A stretch of DNA of 43,982 nt. It comes from Gammaproteobacteria bacterium. GTDB lineage: Bacteria > Pseudomonadota > Gammaproteobacteria > QNFN01. The stretch is taken from positions 1 through 43,982 of the forward strand of contig JAWVZO010000002.1 of the NCBI GenBank assembly GCA_033722135.1. Reading direction: 5' to 3'. Position numbers and translations under genes: made by a program. Under the pieces are notes generated by a model. It made no database searches. It saw nothing but the letters and a program-made list of their open reading frames with translations, and was not told where the DNA came from. Each line of letters begins with the position of its first letter. Within the stretch, counting starts at the first letter, position 1. Of the stretch, positions 1 to 9,004 are shown piece after piece.

Positions 1-53
1 GCACTCAACCCCGCCGGCAGCGCACCGTCGGCCGAGCTGGTCGTGGCGGTCCC

Positions 54-1403
54 GTGACCGGGCGCACAGCGACCTGCCTGTTCGTGCTCGCCCTGCTCGG
101 CGGGACGATCCCGTCCGGAGCGTCGGCGTCTCCCGACCGTGTCGCGGGGGAACTTCTCGTCCGTTTCTCCGGACCGCAGGGTGCGGAGCGTGCCGGCCTG
201 CTGCTGAACACCCTCGGGGAGTGGTCTCCGGGTCGCGCCGGCGGAATCGGACGGTTGCGACTCGACCCGGCGATTCCGGCCGACGGTGTGCTGGAGCAGC
301 TGCGTGACCTCGAAGGCGTCGAAATCGCCCAGCCGAACTACCGCTACCGGTTCACGGCGCGGCCCGACGATCCCCTCCTGGACCAGCAGTGGGCCGTCGA
401 TAACCGCGGACAGGAGATCTTCCCGATCCCCCCGGCGACCACCGTCTACGGCATCAACAACCCCGGCACACCGGGTGCCGACCTCGGCCTCGAGGCGGCC
501 TGGGATGTGCTCTCCGACTGCCGGGGCGTGGTCGTCGCGGTGATCGACAGCGGCGTCGACTACACCCATGCCGATCTCGCCGGAGCGATGTGGGACGGCG
601 CGCCGACGTTCCCCAACCACGGCTGGGACACGGCCGACGACGACGACGATCCGCTGCCCGACCTGGCCGTGCCCGAGGACGACCACGGGACCCACGTCGC
701 CGCGATCGTCGGCGCGGTGGGCGACAACGCCCTCGGCACCAGCGGCGTCTGCCAGCGGGCCGAGATCATGGCCCTGAGAGCGGGGAGTTTCGCCGGCGGC
801 CTGACGACCCTCGACGTAATCGAGGCGATCGGGTTCGCGGTCGACCACGGCGCGTCGATTCTCAACATGAGTTTCGGCGGGGAGTTTCCGTTCGACGCGC
901 TGTTCAGCCAGGCGATCGACACCGCCCGCGCGGCCGGCGTGCTGGTGATCACCACTGCCGGAAACGACGGCGTCGACGTGGACGGGCCAGGAACCGACGG
1001 TCTCGCCACGACGCGTTTCTACCCGTGCGCGTTCCCGCAGGACAATGTCGTCTGCATCGCCGCCTCCGACCAGGCGCACGAGCGGGCGCTGTTCAGCAGC
1101 TTCGGGGCCACGAGCGTCGATGCCGCCGCGCCGGGCACGAACATCCTCAGCGCCACCTATGCCGACGGCTACGAGGTCAAGAGCGGTACGTCGATGGCCG
1201 CGCCGCAGGCGAGCGGCATCGCCGCGCTGGTCTGGGCCCACAACCCCGCCTACGACTACCGCGACGTGCGCGGCGCGCTGCTCGCGTCGGGCACGGACGC
1301 GGGTGCGTGGGCCGGGCTCACCGTCACCGGGCGAGTGGTCCACGGAGACGGCGCGGTGCGCCACCTGCGCCCGCCGACCGGCCTCCGCTTCCGCCTCGAC
1401 TGA
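54..1403 (+). CDS. Secreted subtilisin-like (S8) serine protease with N-terminal signal peptide and propeptide
   Basis: GTG start followed by a hydrophobic signal (CLFVLALLGG...GASA). Catalytic triad motifs are in canonical order: VAVIDSGVDYTHADL (Asp), DDHGTHVAAIVGA (His), SGTSMAAPQASG (Ser). Confidence 0.9.
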   Translation: MTGRTATCLFVLALLGGTIPSGASASPDRVAGELLVRFSGPQGAERAGLLLNTLGEWSPGRAGGIGRLRLDPAIPADGVLEQLRDLEGVEIAQPNYRYRFTARPDDPLLDQQWAVDNRGQEIFPIPPATTVYGINNPGTPGADLGLEAAWDVLSDCRGVVVAVIDSGVDYTHADLAGAMWDGAPTFPNHGWDTADDDDDPLPDLAVPEDDHGTHVAAIVGAVGDNALGTSGVCQRAEIMALRAGSFAGGLTTLDVIEAIGFAVDHGASILNMSFGGEFPFDALFSQAIDTARAAGVLVITTAGNDGVDVDGPGTDGLATTRFYPCAFPQDNVVCIAASDQAHERALFSSFGATSVDAAAPGTNILSATYADGYEVKSGTSMAAPQASGIAALVWAHNPAYDYRDVRGALLASGTDAGAWAGLTVTGRVVHGDGAVRHLRPPTGLRFRLD

Positions 1404-1491
1404 CCGGCGTCCGGTCACGGTCCGACGACGACCTCGCCGACTGCGGACTAAGCTCGGACAAGGCCGTGATCCTGCCAGTGGAGGGATCGCC

Positions 1492-2121
1492 GTGACGACA
1501 CTGCCCGGCCTCACAGCCGCATTCCTCTCGGCCCTCGCCATGGCGGCGGTCGCGGTCGAGCCGCACGCCCCGATCGAAGGGCCGTTACCCCCGGGCGGCC
1601 GGGTGATCGTCCTGGTCGTCGACGGGGCGGGAGGTACGGGGCCGACCCGTCCGCCCCCCGCCTGCGCCGACGGTGGACGCCTGGACGCGGTGGCCTGGCG
1701 CGAGGCCCTGGCCGTCGGCACCGGCCTGCGCAAGCAGCGCATCCGGGTCGAATACGTGCATGCCGGCCCAGGGTGCCGGGCGCGACACACCGCCTACCTG
1801 GTGTTCGGCGCCGACCGCGTGCACCACGACCCCGACCTCGCGGCCAGCTGCCGCGCGGATGCCGAGACCCGGCAGCAGCGGCGGAGCGCGCTCGCCGGCC
1901 GCGTCACGGCCCGACCACCCTACCCGGACACGCACCTGGCGCTGGTCGTCGACGTCTGCAATCTCCGCGACCTGGCCGAGCCGGGATGGCCAGCCTGCGC
2001 GCGGCATCCCGGGCCGGGCGACATGGTGGTCTTCGAGCCTGGCGGAGGTGCGACACCCCGCGTCTCCGGCTGCGTGGCCCGGGGCACCTTGCTGGAGTGG
2101 AGCCGACGCCCCGAGTGGTGA
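1492..2121 (+). CDS. Hypothetical secreted protein (about 209 aa, several Cys), no recognisable family
   Basis: GTG at 1492 is preceded by GGAGGG 7 nt upstream. The N-terminus LPGLTAAFLSALAMAAVAV looks like a signal peptide. The longer 1045..2121 ORF overlaps the protease out of frame, so the internal start is preferred. Confidence 0.5.
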   Translation: MTTLPGLTAAFLSALAMAAVAVEPHAPIEGPLPPGGRVIVLVVDGAGGTGPTRPPPACADGGRLDAVAWREALAVGTGLRKQRIRVEYVHAGPGCRARHTAYLVFGADRVHHDPDLAASCRADAETRQQRRSALAGRVTARPPYPDTHLALVVDVCNLRDLAEPGWPACARHPGPGDMVVFEPGGGATPRVSGCVARGTLLEWSRRPEW

Positions 2122-2196
2122 ACGCGCGGGAGCGGGCTAGAATGGATTCAGGACGACCGCCCGTGGGGTTCAGGCGGCCGCCCGGAAGGAGACACC

Positions 2197-2610
2197 ATGG
2201 ACGGACTCCATCGCCCCCGCGCGCTTCATCGAACGGTACGTGCCGCGAGCTGGCTGGCCCTGTCGTCGCTGCTCGCCTCCTGCATCACCCTCGAGGAAAT
2301 CGCCATCCAGAGCGGCGCCGACCCGGTGACCTGGGCGCTTCGCCAATCCGACGACCTCGCCTGCCACGTTCCGGAACCCGCCGGCCACGTCCACCCGCCG
2401 GGCGATCCGGCCTGGGTGGGGCACGGGCACAGTGAACTGGTCGCCGCGCTCGGCCCGCCCGCGTTCCAGATCGGCAAGCCGAACCACGTCAGCGACGGAC
2501 CCGATTACCTGGTCGCGGTCTACGCCGACTCCGGGAAAACGCGATCCGGCTGCATCGACGCCTACACGCGCAACCCCTGCGGGGTGATCACGATGTACCA
2601 CTGTCGCTGA
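2197..2610 (+). CDS. Hypothetical lipoprotein (137 aa)
   Basis: GGAGA lies upstream of the ATG. The N-terminal signal ends in the lipobox-like LLASC. No conserved catalytic motif recognised. Confidence 0.55.
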   Translation: MDGLHRPRALHRTVRAASWLALSSLLASCITLEEIAIQSGADPVTWALRQSDDLACHVPEPAGHVHPPGDPAWVGHGHSELVAALGPPAFQIGKPNHVSDGPDYLVAVYADSGKTRSGCIDAYTRNPCGVITMYHCR

Positions 2611-3379
2611 GATCACCGCGCGAAGTCCGGTCGCCCGCCAGGGAATCGCGAGGACCGGGAAGGGCCGTCGCGGTCCGTCGACGCCAGCGGTGCAGTCCGA
2701 GCCATACGAGTACGGCGCCCAGGATCAGGGCGCCCCAGGCCCAGGCCGGCAGTTCCGCCATGCGCTCGCCGAGCAGGACCATCAGGAGGGTGAGCGGCAG
2801 GATGCCGAGCGCCGTCGTCCAGGTGAAGGTCCACCACGAGACCCGCACCAGCCCGGCGGCGTAGTTGATCAGGTTGAAGGCGATCACCGGCATCAGGCGC
2901 GCGGCGAGCAGGGCGGACCAGCCGTGGCGGCCCGACCAGGTGTCGATCCGGGCGAGGTGGCGCGCCGGGACCATGCGGTCGACGAACGGCCGGCCGAGCG
3001 CGCGCGCAAGGCCGAACGCCAGCCACGCGCCGAGCATCGCCCCGGACCAGGTGATGACGGTACCCCACAGGAAGCCGAAGACCATGCCGTTGGCGATCGC
3101 CAGGCATTCGGCCGGGAACGGCACGAACGAGTGGAGGACCATCAGCCCCACCGAACCGGCCACCCCCCAGGTCCCCCAGCCGCGGATCAGGTCGACCAGG
3201 GCTTCCGGCGAGAACGCGACCTCGTCGAGGGTCAGGGGACCCGTGTGGGCGAGCGCGAGCCAGTCGAGGACGACGACGACGACGAGCAGCAGGAAGGCGC
3301 CGACGGCGAGGGCTTTCCCCAGCACCGACATCGAGTGCCCGGCGGCGGCTGCCCCCGGGCGTTCCGGAGTGTCGACCAT
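2588..3379 (-). CDS. TVP38/TMEM64 (DedA-related, SNARE-associated) family inner-membrane protein
   Basis: Multi-pass hydrophobic protein with the family-typical segment HSFVPFPAECLAIANGMVFG...ARLMPVIAFNLINYAAGL. Confidence 0.8.
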   Translation of the reverse strand: MVDTPERPGAAAAGHSMSVLGKALAVGAFLLLVVVVVLDWLALAHTGPLTLDEVAFSPEALVDLIRGWGTWGVAGSVGLMVLHSFVPFPAECLAIANGMVFGFLWGTVITWSGAMLGAWLAFGLARALGRPFVDRMVPARHLARIDTWSGRHGWSALLAARLMPVIAFNLINYAAGLVRVSWWTFTWTTALGILPLTLLMVLLGERMAELPAWAWGALILGAVLVWLGLHRWRRRTATALPGPRDSLAGDRTSRGDLSDSGTS

Positions 3380-3418
3380 ACGCGGTCAAGCATAGCAGCG
3401 ACCCCAGCCAGGAGCGTC

Positions 3419-4033
3419 TCAGTCGCGAGCGCCCCACGCCTGTCGCAGCCGCGCCCTGTTGAGGGCGAGCCACTGCAGCGCGATCACCGGGCTCGCCGAG
3501 TCGATCTCCCCGGTGGCGAGACGCGCGAGCGCGGCGTCCAGCGGTTCGCTGGAGACCCGGATGTCCTCGCCCTCCTCGGCAAGTCCGTGGATGCCGCCGC
3601 AGCCGGCCGCGTCGACCTCGCCGCAGTAGAGGTGGATGGCCTCGCTCGTGCCGCCGGGGCTGACGTAGAAGCGGCAGATCCTCTCCAGCCGGCCGAGCGT
3701 CAGGCCCGCCTCCTCGACGGCCTCGCGCCGCGCGACCGCCTCGGGCCGCTCGTCGCCGTCGAACATGCCGGCCACGATCTCGACCAGCCAGGGCCCGCGG
3801 TCCCGGCCGAGCGCGCCGATGCGGAACTGCTCGATGAGCACCACGGCATCCCGCCGCGGATCGTAGGGCAGCACCGCGACGGCATCGCCGCGATCGAAGA
3901 GCTCCCGGGTCAGGAGCGGACTGGTGCCGCCGGCGAACAGGGCATGGCGCAACCGGTAGCGCTCGACCCGGAACACGCCGTCGTGGCAGACCTCGCGGTC
4001 CACGATCTCGACGCGTTGCGGTCTGCCGGGCAC
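3419..4033 (-). CDS. nudF: ADP-ribose pyrophosphatase (Nudix hydrolase, NudF-like)
   Basis: Nudix box GMFDGDERPEAVARREAVEEAGL. Length is about 204 aa and the N-terminal beta-domain resembles NudF. It starts 13 nt after the upstream ppk2 stop, which suggests an operon. Confidence 0.8.
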   Translation of the reverse strand: MPGRPQRVEIVDREVCHDGVFRVERYRLRHALFAGGTSPLLTRELFDRGDAVAVLPYDPRRDAVVLIEQFRIGALGRDRGPWLVEIVAGMFDGDERPEAVARREAVEEAGLTLGRLERICRFYVSPGGTSEAIHLYCGEVDAAGCGGIHGLAEEGEDIRVSSEPLDAALARLATGEIDSASPVIALQWLALNRARLRQAWGARD

Positions 4034-4046
4034 CTTGCCGTCGATG

Positions 4047-4976
4047 TCAGTCGTGGTCGAGTTCCTCGGAGACGGTCCGCACGATGCGGCGGTCGACCTC
4101 GAGGATCGCGTCGTTCCGATCCGGGTAGTCGAACTGGGTCAGCAGGTGGCGGATGGTGTTGATGCGCGCCCGTTTCTTGTCGACCGACTTGATCACCGTC
4201 CATGGCGCGTCGAGGGTCGAGGTGAAGAAGAACATGTCCTCCTTCGCCTTGGTGTAGGCCGGCCACTTGTCCTGCGACTCACGGTCGACCGGCGAGAGTT
4301 TCCACTGCTTGAGCGGGTCGGTCTCGCGGCGCGTGAAGCGGTTGAGCTGCTCCTCCTTGCTGACCGAGAAGTAGAACTTGATCAGGCGGATGCCGGAGCG
4401 CACCAGCATGCGCTCGAACTCCGGCGCCGAGCGGAGGAACTCGCGCACCTCGTCCATGGTGCAGAACCCCATGACGCGCTCGACCCCGGCGCGGTTGTAC
4501 CAGCTGCGGTCGAACAGCACGATCTCGCCGGCCGACGGGAGGTGCTCGACGTAGCGCTGGAAGTACCACTGGCTGCGCTCGCGGTCGTCCGGCTTCTCCA
4601 ATGCCACGACCCGCGCACCGCGCGGGTTCATGTGCTCCACGACCCGCTTGATGGTGCCGCCCTTGCCGGCGGCGTCGCGGCCCTCGAACAGCATGCAGAC
4701 CTTGGTGCCGGACTCCTTGACCCAGTTCTGGAACTTGAGCAGCTCGATCTGCAGCGGCTTCATCAGCTGCAGGTATTCGCGCTCCTTCATCTTGTAGGGA
4801 CGGGCGCGGCGCCGTTCCCGCCCCTTGGGAGCGACGTCGCCCTCTTCCTCCTGGGCGGTATGCGTCGCGACGTCGACGGCGGGCAAACCGTTGTTGTCGT
4901 CCTCGACCTCCATGATTTCGCGGTCGATCAGCATGTCGTCGTCGACGTCGTCTCTCGGTTTGGCTTCACTGGCCAT
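4047..4976 (-). CDS. ppk2: Polyphosphate kinase 2 (single-domain PPK2) with an acidic N-terminal extension
   Basis: PPK2 hallmarks: FEGRDAAGKGGTIKR (Walker A-like) and SQWYFQRYVEHLPSAGEIVLFDRSWYNRAGVERVMGF. Confidence 0.9.
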   Translation of the reverse strand: MASEAKPRDDVDDDMLIDREIMEVEDDNNGLPAVDVATHTAQEEEGDVAPKGRERRRARPYKMKEREYLQLMKPLQIELLKFQNWVKESGTKVCMLFEGRDAAGKGGTIKRVVEHMNPRGARVVALEKPDDRERSQWYFQRYVEHLPSAGEIVLFDRSWYNRAGVERVMGFCTMDEVREFLRSAPEFERMLVRSGIRLIKFYFSVSKEEQLNRFTRRETDPLKQWKLSPVDRESQDKWPAYTKAKEDMFFFTSTLDAPWTVIKSVDKKRARINTIRHLLTQFDYPDRNDAILEVDRRIVRTVSEELDHD

Positions 4977-5023
4977 GATCGGCGGCTCCCCTGGTTGCGA
5001 TGGGCGATGGCCCTGGAAAGGTT

Positions 5024-5461
5024 TCAGTTGGGCTTGTCGTCTTCCGCGCCTGGCAGGGGCATCGCTGCGACGCCCTCGTCGTGCAGTTCCCGCACCTCGG
5101 CGGGGGTGGCGATTCCGCGGATGTTCCGCTCCTCGGCTTCGCCACGGTGCATGCGGCGAGCTTCGACGGCAAACCGGGCGCCGACATCCTCGAAATGCCT
5201 CTCGACGAAGCAGCGCACGGCCCGCGCCATCTCGCGCGGGGACGGTGTCGAGCCGGGGTCACGCGAGGCTCGCCCGCCCTCTGCGGACGGCGACGGGTTG
5301 CGGATCACCGCGTTCGCCGACGGTCTCCGGCGCACCTCGATGGAATCGCAGGCTGGGCAGGCGACGAGATGCCGGGCCAGCTGCCTCTCGAACTCCTGCG
5401 GATCGCGGAACCATCCCTCGAAGGTGTGCCCCGCCGCGCAATGCAGGTCATAGACCACCAT
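5024..5461 (-). CDS. DUF1178-family zinc-ribbon-like protein (145 aa)
   Basis: MVVYDLHCAAGHTFEGWFRDPQEFERQ...VACPACDS matches the DUF1178 N-terminal signature. The 366-aa ORF in the track extends antisense over maf and is rejected. Confidence 0.75.
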   Translation of the reverse strand: MVVYDLHCAAGHTFEGWFRDPQEFERQLARHLVACPACDSIEVRRRPSANAVIRNPSPSAEGGRASRDPGSTPSPREMARAVRCFVERHFEDVGARFAVEARRMHRGEAEERNIRGIATPAEVRELHDEGVAAMPLPGAEDDKPN

Positions 5462-5662
5462 GATGGCTTCGCGGCCGGCGCCACTCCCGACGGAAGAAAG
5501 GCCGGGATTGTAACAGCAATCCGCCGGCCGCTCCCCTGGACGCCGTGACCGAGAAGAGGCCGTTTCGGGCGGGCGGCGCCGGGCGTGGGCCACCTGCGGC
5601 GATGCTAAGATTCCCCGTCCGGATCGCTGGAGGAGCCGCCCTGAAACACCTCGGGACGGGCC

Positions 5663-6325
5663 ATGAGGGGCGGTAGGGAGACGATGACGAAAGACCACGA
5701 ACACGCGGAAGTCCAGGACGCGGGTGCCCGGGAGGCGCGACTCCCGCCCGGCGGCCTGGTCCTCGCTTCGACCTCGCCCTACCGGCGGGAGCTTCTCGGC
5801 CGGCTCGGAGTGCCGTTCGCGACCACGCGACCCGACGCCGACGAATCGCGGCAACCCGGGGAGAGACCTGAGGTCCTCGTGGCCCGCCTGGCCGAGGCCA
5901 AGGCCCGCTCGGTCGCCGCAGCCCACCCCGAAGCCCTGGTGATCGGCTCCGACCAGGTCGCCGTGCTCGACGGCGAGGTGATCGGCAAGCCGGGCACGCC
6001 CGCCGCGGCCCATGCGCAGCTCGCGCGCGCCTCGGGGCGGAGCGTGCGTTTCCTGACCGGTCTCTGCCTGCTCGACACGGCCCGGGACCGGGCGCACGTG
6101 GCGGTCGAGCCGTTCACCGTCCACTTCCGGGCCCTCGACGCCGCGCGGATCGATCGCTACCTGGCCGCGGAGCAGCCCTACGACTGCGCCGGGAGCTTCC
6201 GGTCCGAGGGGCTTGGCATCGCGCTGTTCGAGCGGCTGGAGGGTGACGACCCCAACACCCTCGTGGGCCTGCCGCTGATCCGCCTGGTCGATCTCCTCGC
6301 CGAGGCCGGGATCGACGTCCCCTAG
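5663..6325 (+). CDS. yceF: Maf-like nucleoside-triphosphate pyrophosphatase (YceF subfamily)
   Basis: LVLASTSPYRRELLGRLGVPF...GSDQV...GKP...AGSF motifs typical of Maf/YceF. The start is uncertain (ATG 5663 or ATG 5684). Confidence 0.85.
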   Translation: MRGGRETMTKDHEHAEVQDAGAREARLPPGGLVLASTSPYRRELLGRLGVPFATTRPDADESRQPGERPEVLVARLAEAKARSVAAAHPEALVIGSDQVAVLDGEVIGKPGTPAAAHAQLARASGRSVRFLTGLCLLDTARDRAHVAVEPFTVHFRALDAARIDRYLAAEQPYDCAGSFRSEGLGIALFERLEGDDPNTLVGLPLIRLVDLLAEAGIDVP

Positions 6326-6347
6326 GTCGTCGCGAACGGCGCGCGCC

Positions 6348-7343
6348 TCAGCGCAGGGTCAGCCCACCCGAGGTGAGCGCGCCGGCCAGCACGGTGCCGA
6401 AACGGTCCACCAGACGCTGCCAGATGTCGCGCCTCGGCGTGAAGTCGACGATCTTCTCCGCGCCGATCACCTCGCGCGCCACCTGCCCGCTGCTGGCGAT
6501 CGCGTCGACCAGGCCGAGCTCCACGCCCTGCTCACCGGTCCAGATCAGGCCGCTGAAAATCGCCGGATCGTCCTCGAGGCGATCGCCGCGACCGGCGCGC
6601 ACGGCCTCGATGAACTGGCGGTGGATGGCGTCCAGCAGCCCCTGGACGTGGGCCTTCTGGTCGGGCTGGACCGGCAGGAAGGGATCGAGCAGCCCCTTGT
6701 CCTCGCCCGCGGTCAGCAGGCGGCGCTCGATGCCGAGCTTGTCGATGGCCTCGACCAGGCCAAAGCCGTCCATGCGCACGCCGATCGAGCCGACAAGACT
6801 CGATTCGGAGGCGTAGATCCGGTCGGCCGCGGCGGCCACGTAGTACCCGCCCGAGGCGCCGATGTCGACGATGACGGCGTAGAGCGGGATCTCGGGATGC
6901 TGCTCGCGCAGGCGCCGGATCTCGTCGTAGATGTAGCGCGCCTGCACGGGGCTGCCGCCCGGGCTGTTGACGCGCAGGATCACGCCGGCGGTACGCCCGT
7001 CCTTGAACGCCTTGCGCAGGCCCCCGGCGATCAGGTCGGCGTCGGCATCGGTGTCGGCCGCGATAATGCCGCTGAGATCGACCAGCGCGGTGTGCCGGCC
7101 GCTGGCCATGTCGGGCACCTCGGCCGCGTCGTACTGGATCAGGACGAGGACCGCCACGAGGTACGCGAGGAACAGGCTCTTGAACAGGATGCCCCAGCGC
7201 CGGGTGCGACGCTGCTCGCGCAGCGAGGCCTGCAGCAGAGAGGCGAGCTGGCGCTCGGCCCACGGCCCGCTCCCCTCGTCACCCCCCTTCTCCCTGGGCA
7301 CTTCGGGGCCCTCGGTCCAGCGTCGGTCGTCCTGATCGCTCAT
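6348..7343 (-). CDS. sppA: Signal peptide peptidase SppA (S49 family, 36K type)
   Basis: S49 motifs are present (VILRVNSPGGS, GASGGYYVAAAADRIYA). The preferred ATG at 7343 has GAGGAG 5 nt upstream and overlaps the stop of the upstream HAD gene (ATGA). Confidence 0.85.
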   Translation of the reverse strand: MSDQDDRRWTEGPEVPREKGGDEGSGPWAERQLASLLQASLREQRRTRRWGILFKSLFLAYLVAVLVLIQYDAAEVPDMASGRHTALVDLSGIIAADTDADADLIAGGLRKAFKDGRTAGVILRVNSPGGSPVQARYIYDEIRRLREQHPEIPLYAVIVDIGASGGYYVAAAADRIYASESSLVGSIGVRMDGFGLVEAIDKLGIERRLLTAGEDKGLLDPFLPVQPDQKAHVQGLLDAIHRQFIEAVRAGRGDRLEDDPAIFSGLIWTGEQGVELGLVDAIASSGQVAREVIGAEKIVDFTPRRDIWQRLVDRFGTVLAGALTSGGLTLR

Positions 7344-8029
7344 CTCGTCTCCTCGGCCGGGTGACCGAGCCACGGCGGCAGGTCACGTATGTCGTCGAGG
7401 TACGCCAGCGGCGCGGCCTCCTCGAGTCGTTCGCGCGGGTGTGCCCCGTAGGTGACCGCCACCGCGTCGGCGCCGGCGTTGCGGGCCATCTCCAGGTCGA
7501 ACAGCGTGTCGCCGATCACCAGCGCCCGCCCCGGCGTGACGCCCAACTCGTCGAACAGCTGCTCGAGCATCCCCGGGTGCGGTTTCGACGGGGCCTCGTC
7601 GGCGCAGCGGGTGGCATGAAAATAGTCGCCGAACCCCGTGTCCACCAGCACCTGGTCGAGTCCACGCCGGCTCTTCCCGGTGGCCACGCCCATCAGGTAG
7701 CCCGACCGGTGCAGCCGGGCGAGGGTCTCCGCCGAGCCCGCGAACGGGAGGCTCGGCGTGGGATCGGCGACCAGGTAGTGGTGGCGGTAGCCCTCGATCA
7801 TCCTGTCGTGGAACGCGGCATCGCACCCCGGGTAGAGCGTCTCGATCGCCCGGTTCATGCTCAGCCCGATGATGTGGCGGATCTGCTCCCTCGAGCGCGG
7901 CTCCAGGCCGAGGTCGGCGATGGTGCTCTCGATGCAGGTGACGATACGGGCCGCGGAGTCCATCACCGTCCCGTCCCAGTCGAAGACCAGCAGTTCGTAG
8001 TCGCGCGTCATGTCGCCAAGTTCGGCCAT
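7340..8029 (-). CDS. HAD-IA family phosphatase (phosphoglycolate phosphatase-like)
   Basis: HAD motif I LLVFDWDGTVMDS, motif II GVATGKS, motif IV VIGDTLFDLEMARNAG. Sits between rluC and sppA. Confidence 0.85.
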   Translation of the reverse strand: MAELGDMTRDYELLVFDWDGTVMDSAARIVTCIESTIADLGLEPRSREQIRHIIGLSMNRAIETLYPGCDAAFHDRMIEGYRHHYLVADPTPSLPFAGSAETLARLHRSGYLMGVATGKSRRGLDQVLVDTGFGDYFHATRCADEAPSKPHPGMLEQLFDELGVTPGRALVIGDTLFDLEMARNAGADAVAVTYGAHPRERLEEAAPLAYLDDIRDLPPWLGHPAEETR

Positions 8030-8041
8030 GTGAATCGCAGG

Positions 8042-9004
8042 TCAGACCGCGGCGTCGGCCCCGAGTTCGTCGAGCACCGAGCGCAGCGCAGCGGGCAGCG
8101 GCGCCTCGACCTCGAGGCGTTCGCCGCCGGGCCGCTCCAGCACCAGGGCGGCTGCGTGGAGGAACAGGCGGCGCAGCCCGAGTTCGCGCAGGTCGCGGTT
8201 GAACTGCGGATCGCCGTACTTCGTGTCGCCGGCGATCGGGTGGCCCACGGCCGCCGCGTGGACGCGGATCTGGTGGGTCCGGCCGCTCGCCGGGCGCGCC
8301 TGCAGCAGGCTGGCCGTGGAATAGACCTCGACCGGCGTGAAGGCGGTCCTTGCCGGCTGTCCGTCCGCCGCGACGCGGACCACCCGTTCGCCGCCCCGCA
8401 GCCGGTCACGCGCGAGCGCCAGCTCGACGCGGCGCCCGCCCCCGCGCCAGGCGCCCCGGACGAGCAGCAGGTAGCGCTTGTCCACCGCGTGGTCGCGTAG
8501 CCGGGCGTGCAGGTCGCGCAGCACGCTGCGCTTCTTCGCGACCATCATGCACCCCGAGGTCTCGCGGTCGAGCCGGTGCACCAGTTCCAGGAAAGGGGCA
8601 TCCGGCCGCGCGGCGCGCAGCGCCTCGATCGCGCCGAGGGCGATGCCGCTCCCGCCGTGGGCGGCCACGCCACTGGGCTTGTCGAGGACCAGCAGACCGT
8701 CGTCCTCGTAGAGGATCGCCGCCTCGAGCCGTCCCGGCAGCGCCGAGCGGGCTGGCGTCTGCGGGGTCGCGGCGAGCGTCACCGGCGGGATGCGCACCGC
8801 GTCGCCGGCCCGCAGCCGGTACGCCGCCGAGACCCGGCCGCGGTTCACCCGAACCTCGCCCCGTCGCAGGATCCGGTAGACCCGGCTCCTGGGGACACCC
8901 TTGAGGCGCGCGATGAGGTAGTTGTCGATGCGCTGCCCGGCCTGGTCCGGACCGATCTCGACGACCCGCACCTCGGCCCGCGTTCCTGGAGTTCCGGCAA
9001 CCAT
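8042..9004 (-). CDS. rluC: 23S rRNA pseudouridine synthase RluC (S4 domain plus RluA-family catalytic domain)
   Basis: S4-like N-terminus (GQRIDNYLIARLKGVPRSRVYRILRRGEVRVN), catalytic HRLDRETSG motif, and divergent arrangement with rne as in E. coli. The internal ATG at 9004 gives about 320 aa; the 417-aa ORF extension is rejected. Confidence 0.9.
   Translation of the reverse strand: MVAGTPGTRAEVRVVEIGPDQAGQRIDNYLIARLKGVPRSRVYRILRRGEVRVNRGRVSAAYRLRAGDAVRIPPVTLAATPQTPARSALPGRLEAAILYEDDGLLVLDKPSGVAAHGGSGIALGAIEALRAARPDAPFLELVHRLDRETSGCMMVAKKRSVLRDLHARLRDHAVDKRYLLLVRGAWRGGGRRVELALARDRLRGGERVVRVAADGQPARTAFTPVEVYSTASLLQARPASGRTHQIRVHAAAVGHPIAGDTKYGDPQFNRDLRELGLRRLFLHAAALVLERPGGERLEVEAPLPAALRSVLDELGADAAV

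Noticed and set aside
2135-2150. Shared CTAGAATGGAWTC motif, seen here and at 13160..13174.
   Set aside because: With only two copies, it is most simply explained as two independent TAGAAT-type -10 promoter elements (upstream of the lipoprotein gene and of dksA) rather than a repeat family. Support is too weak to call a regulon.
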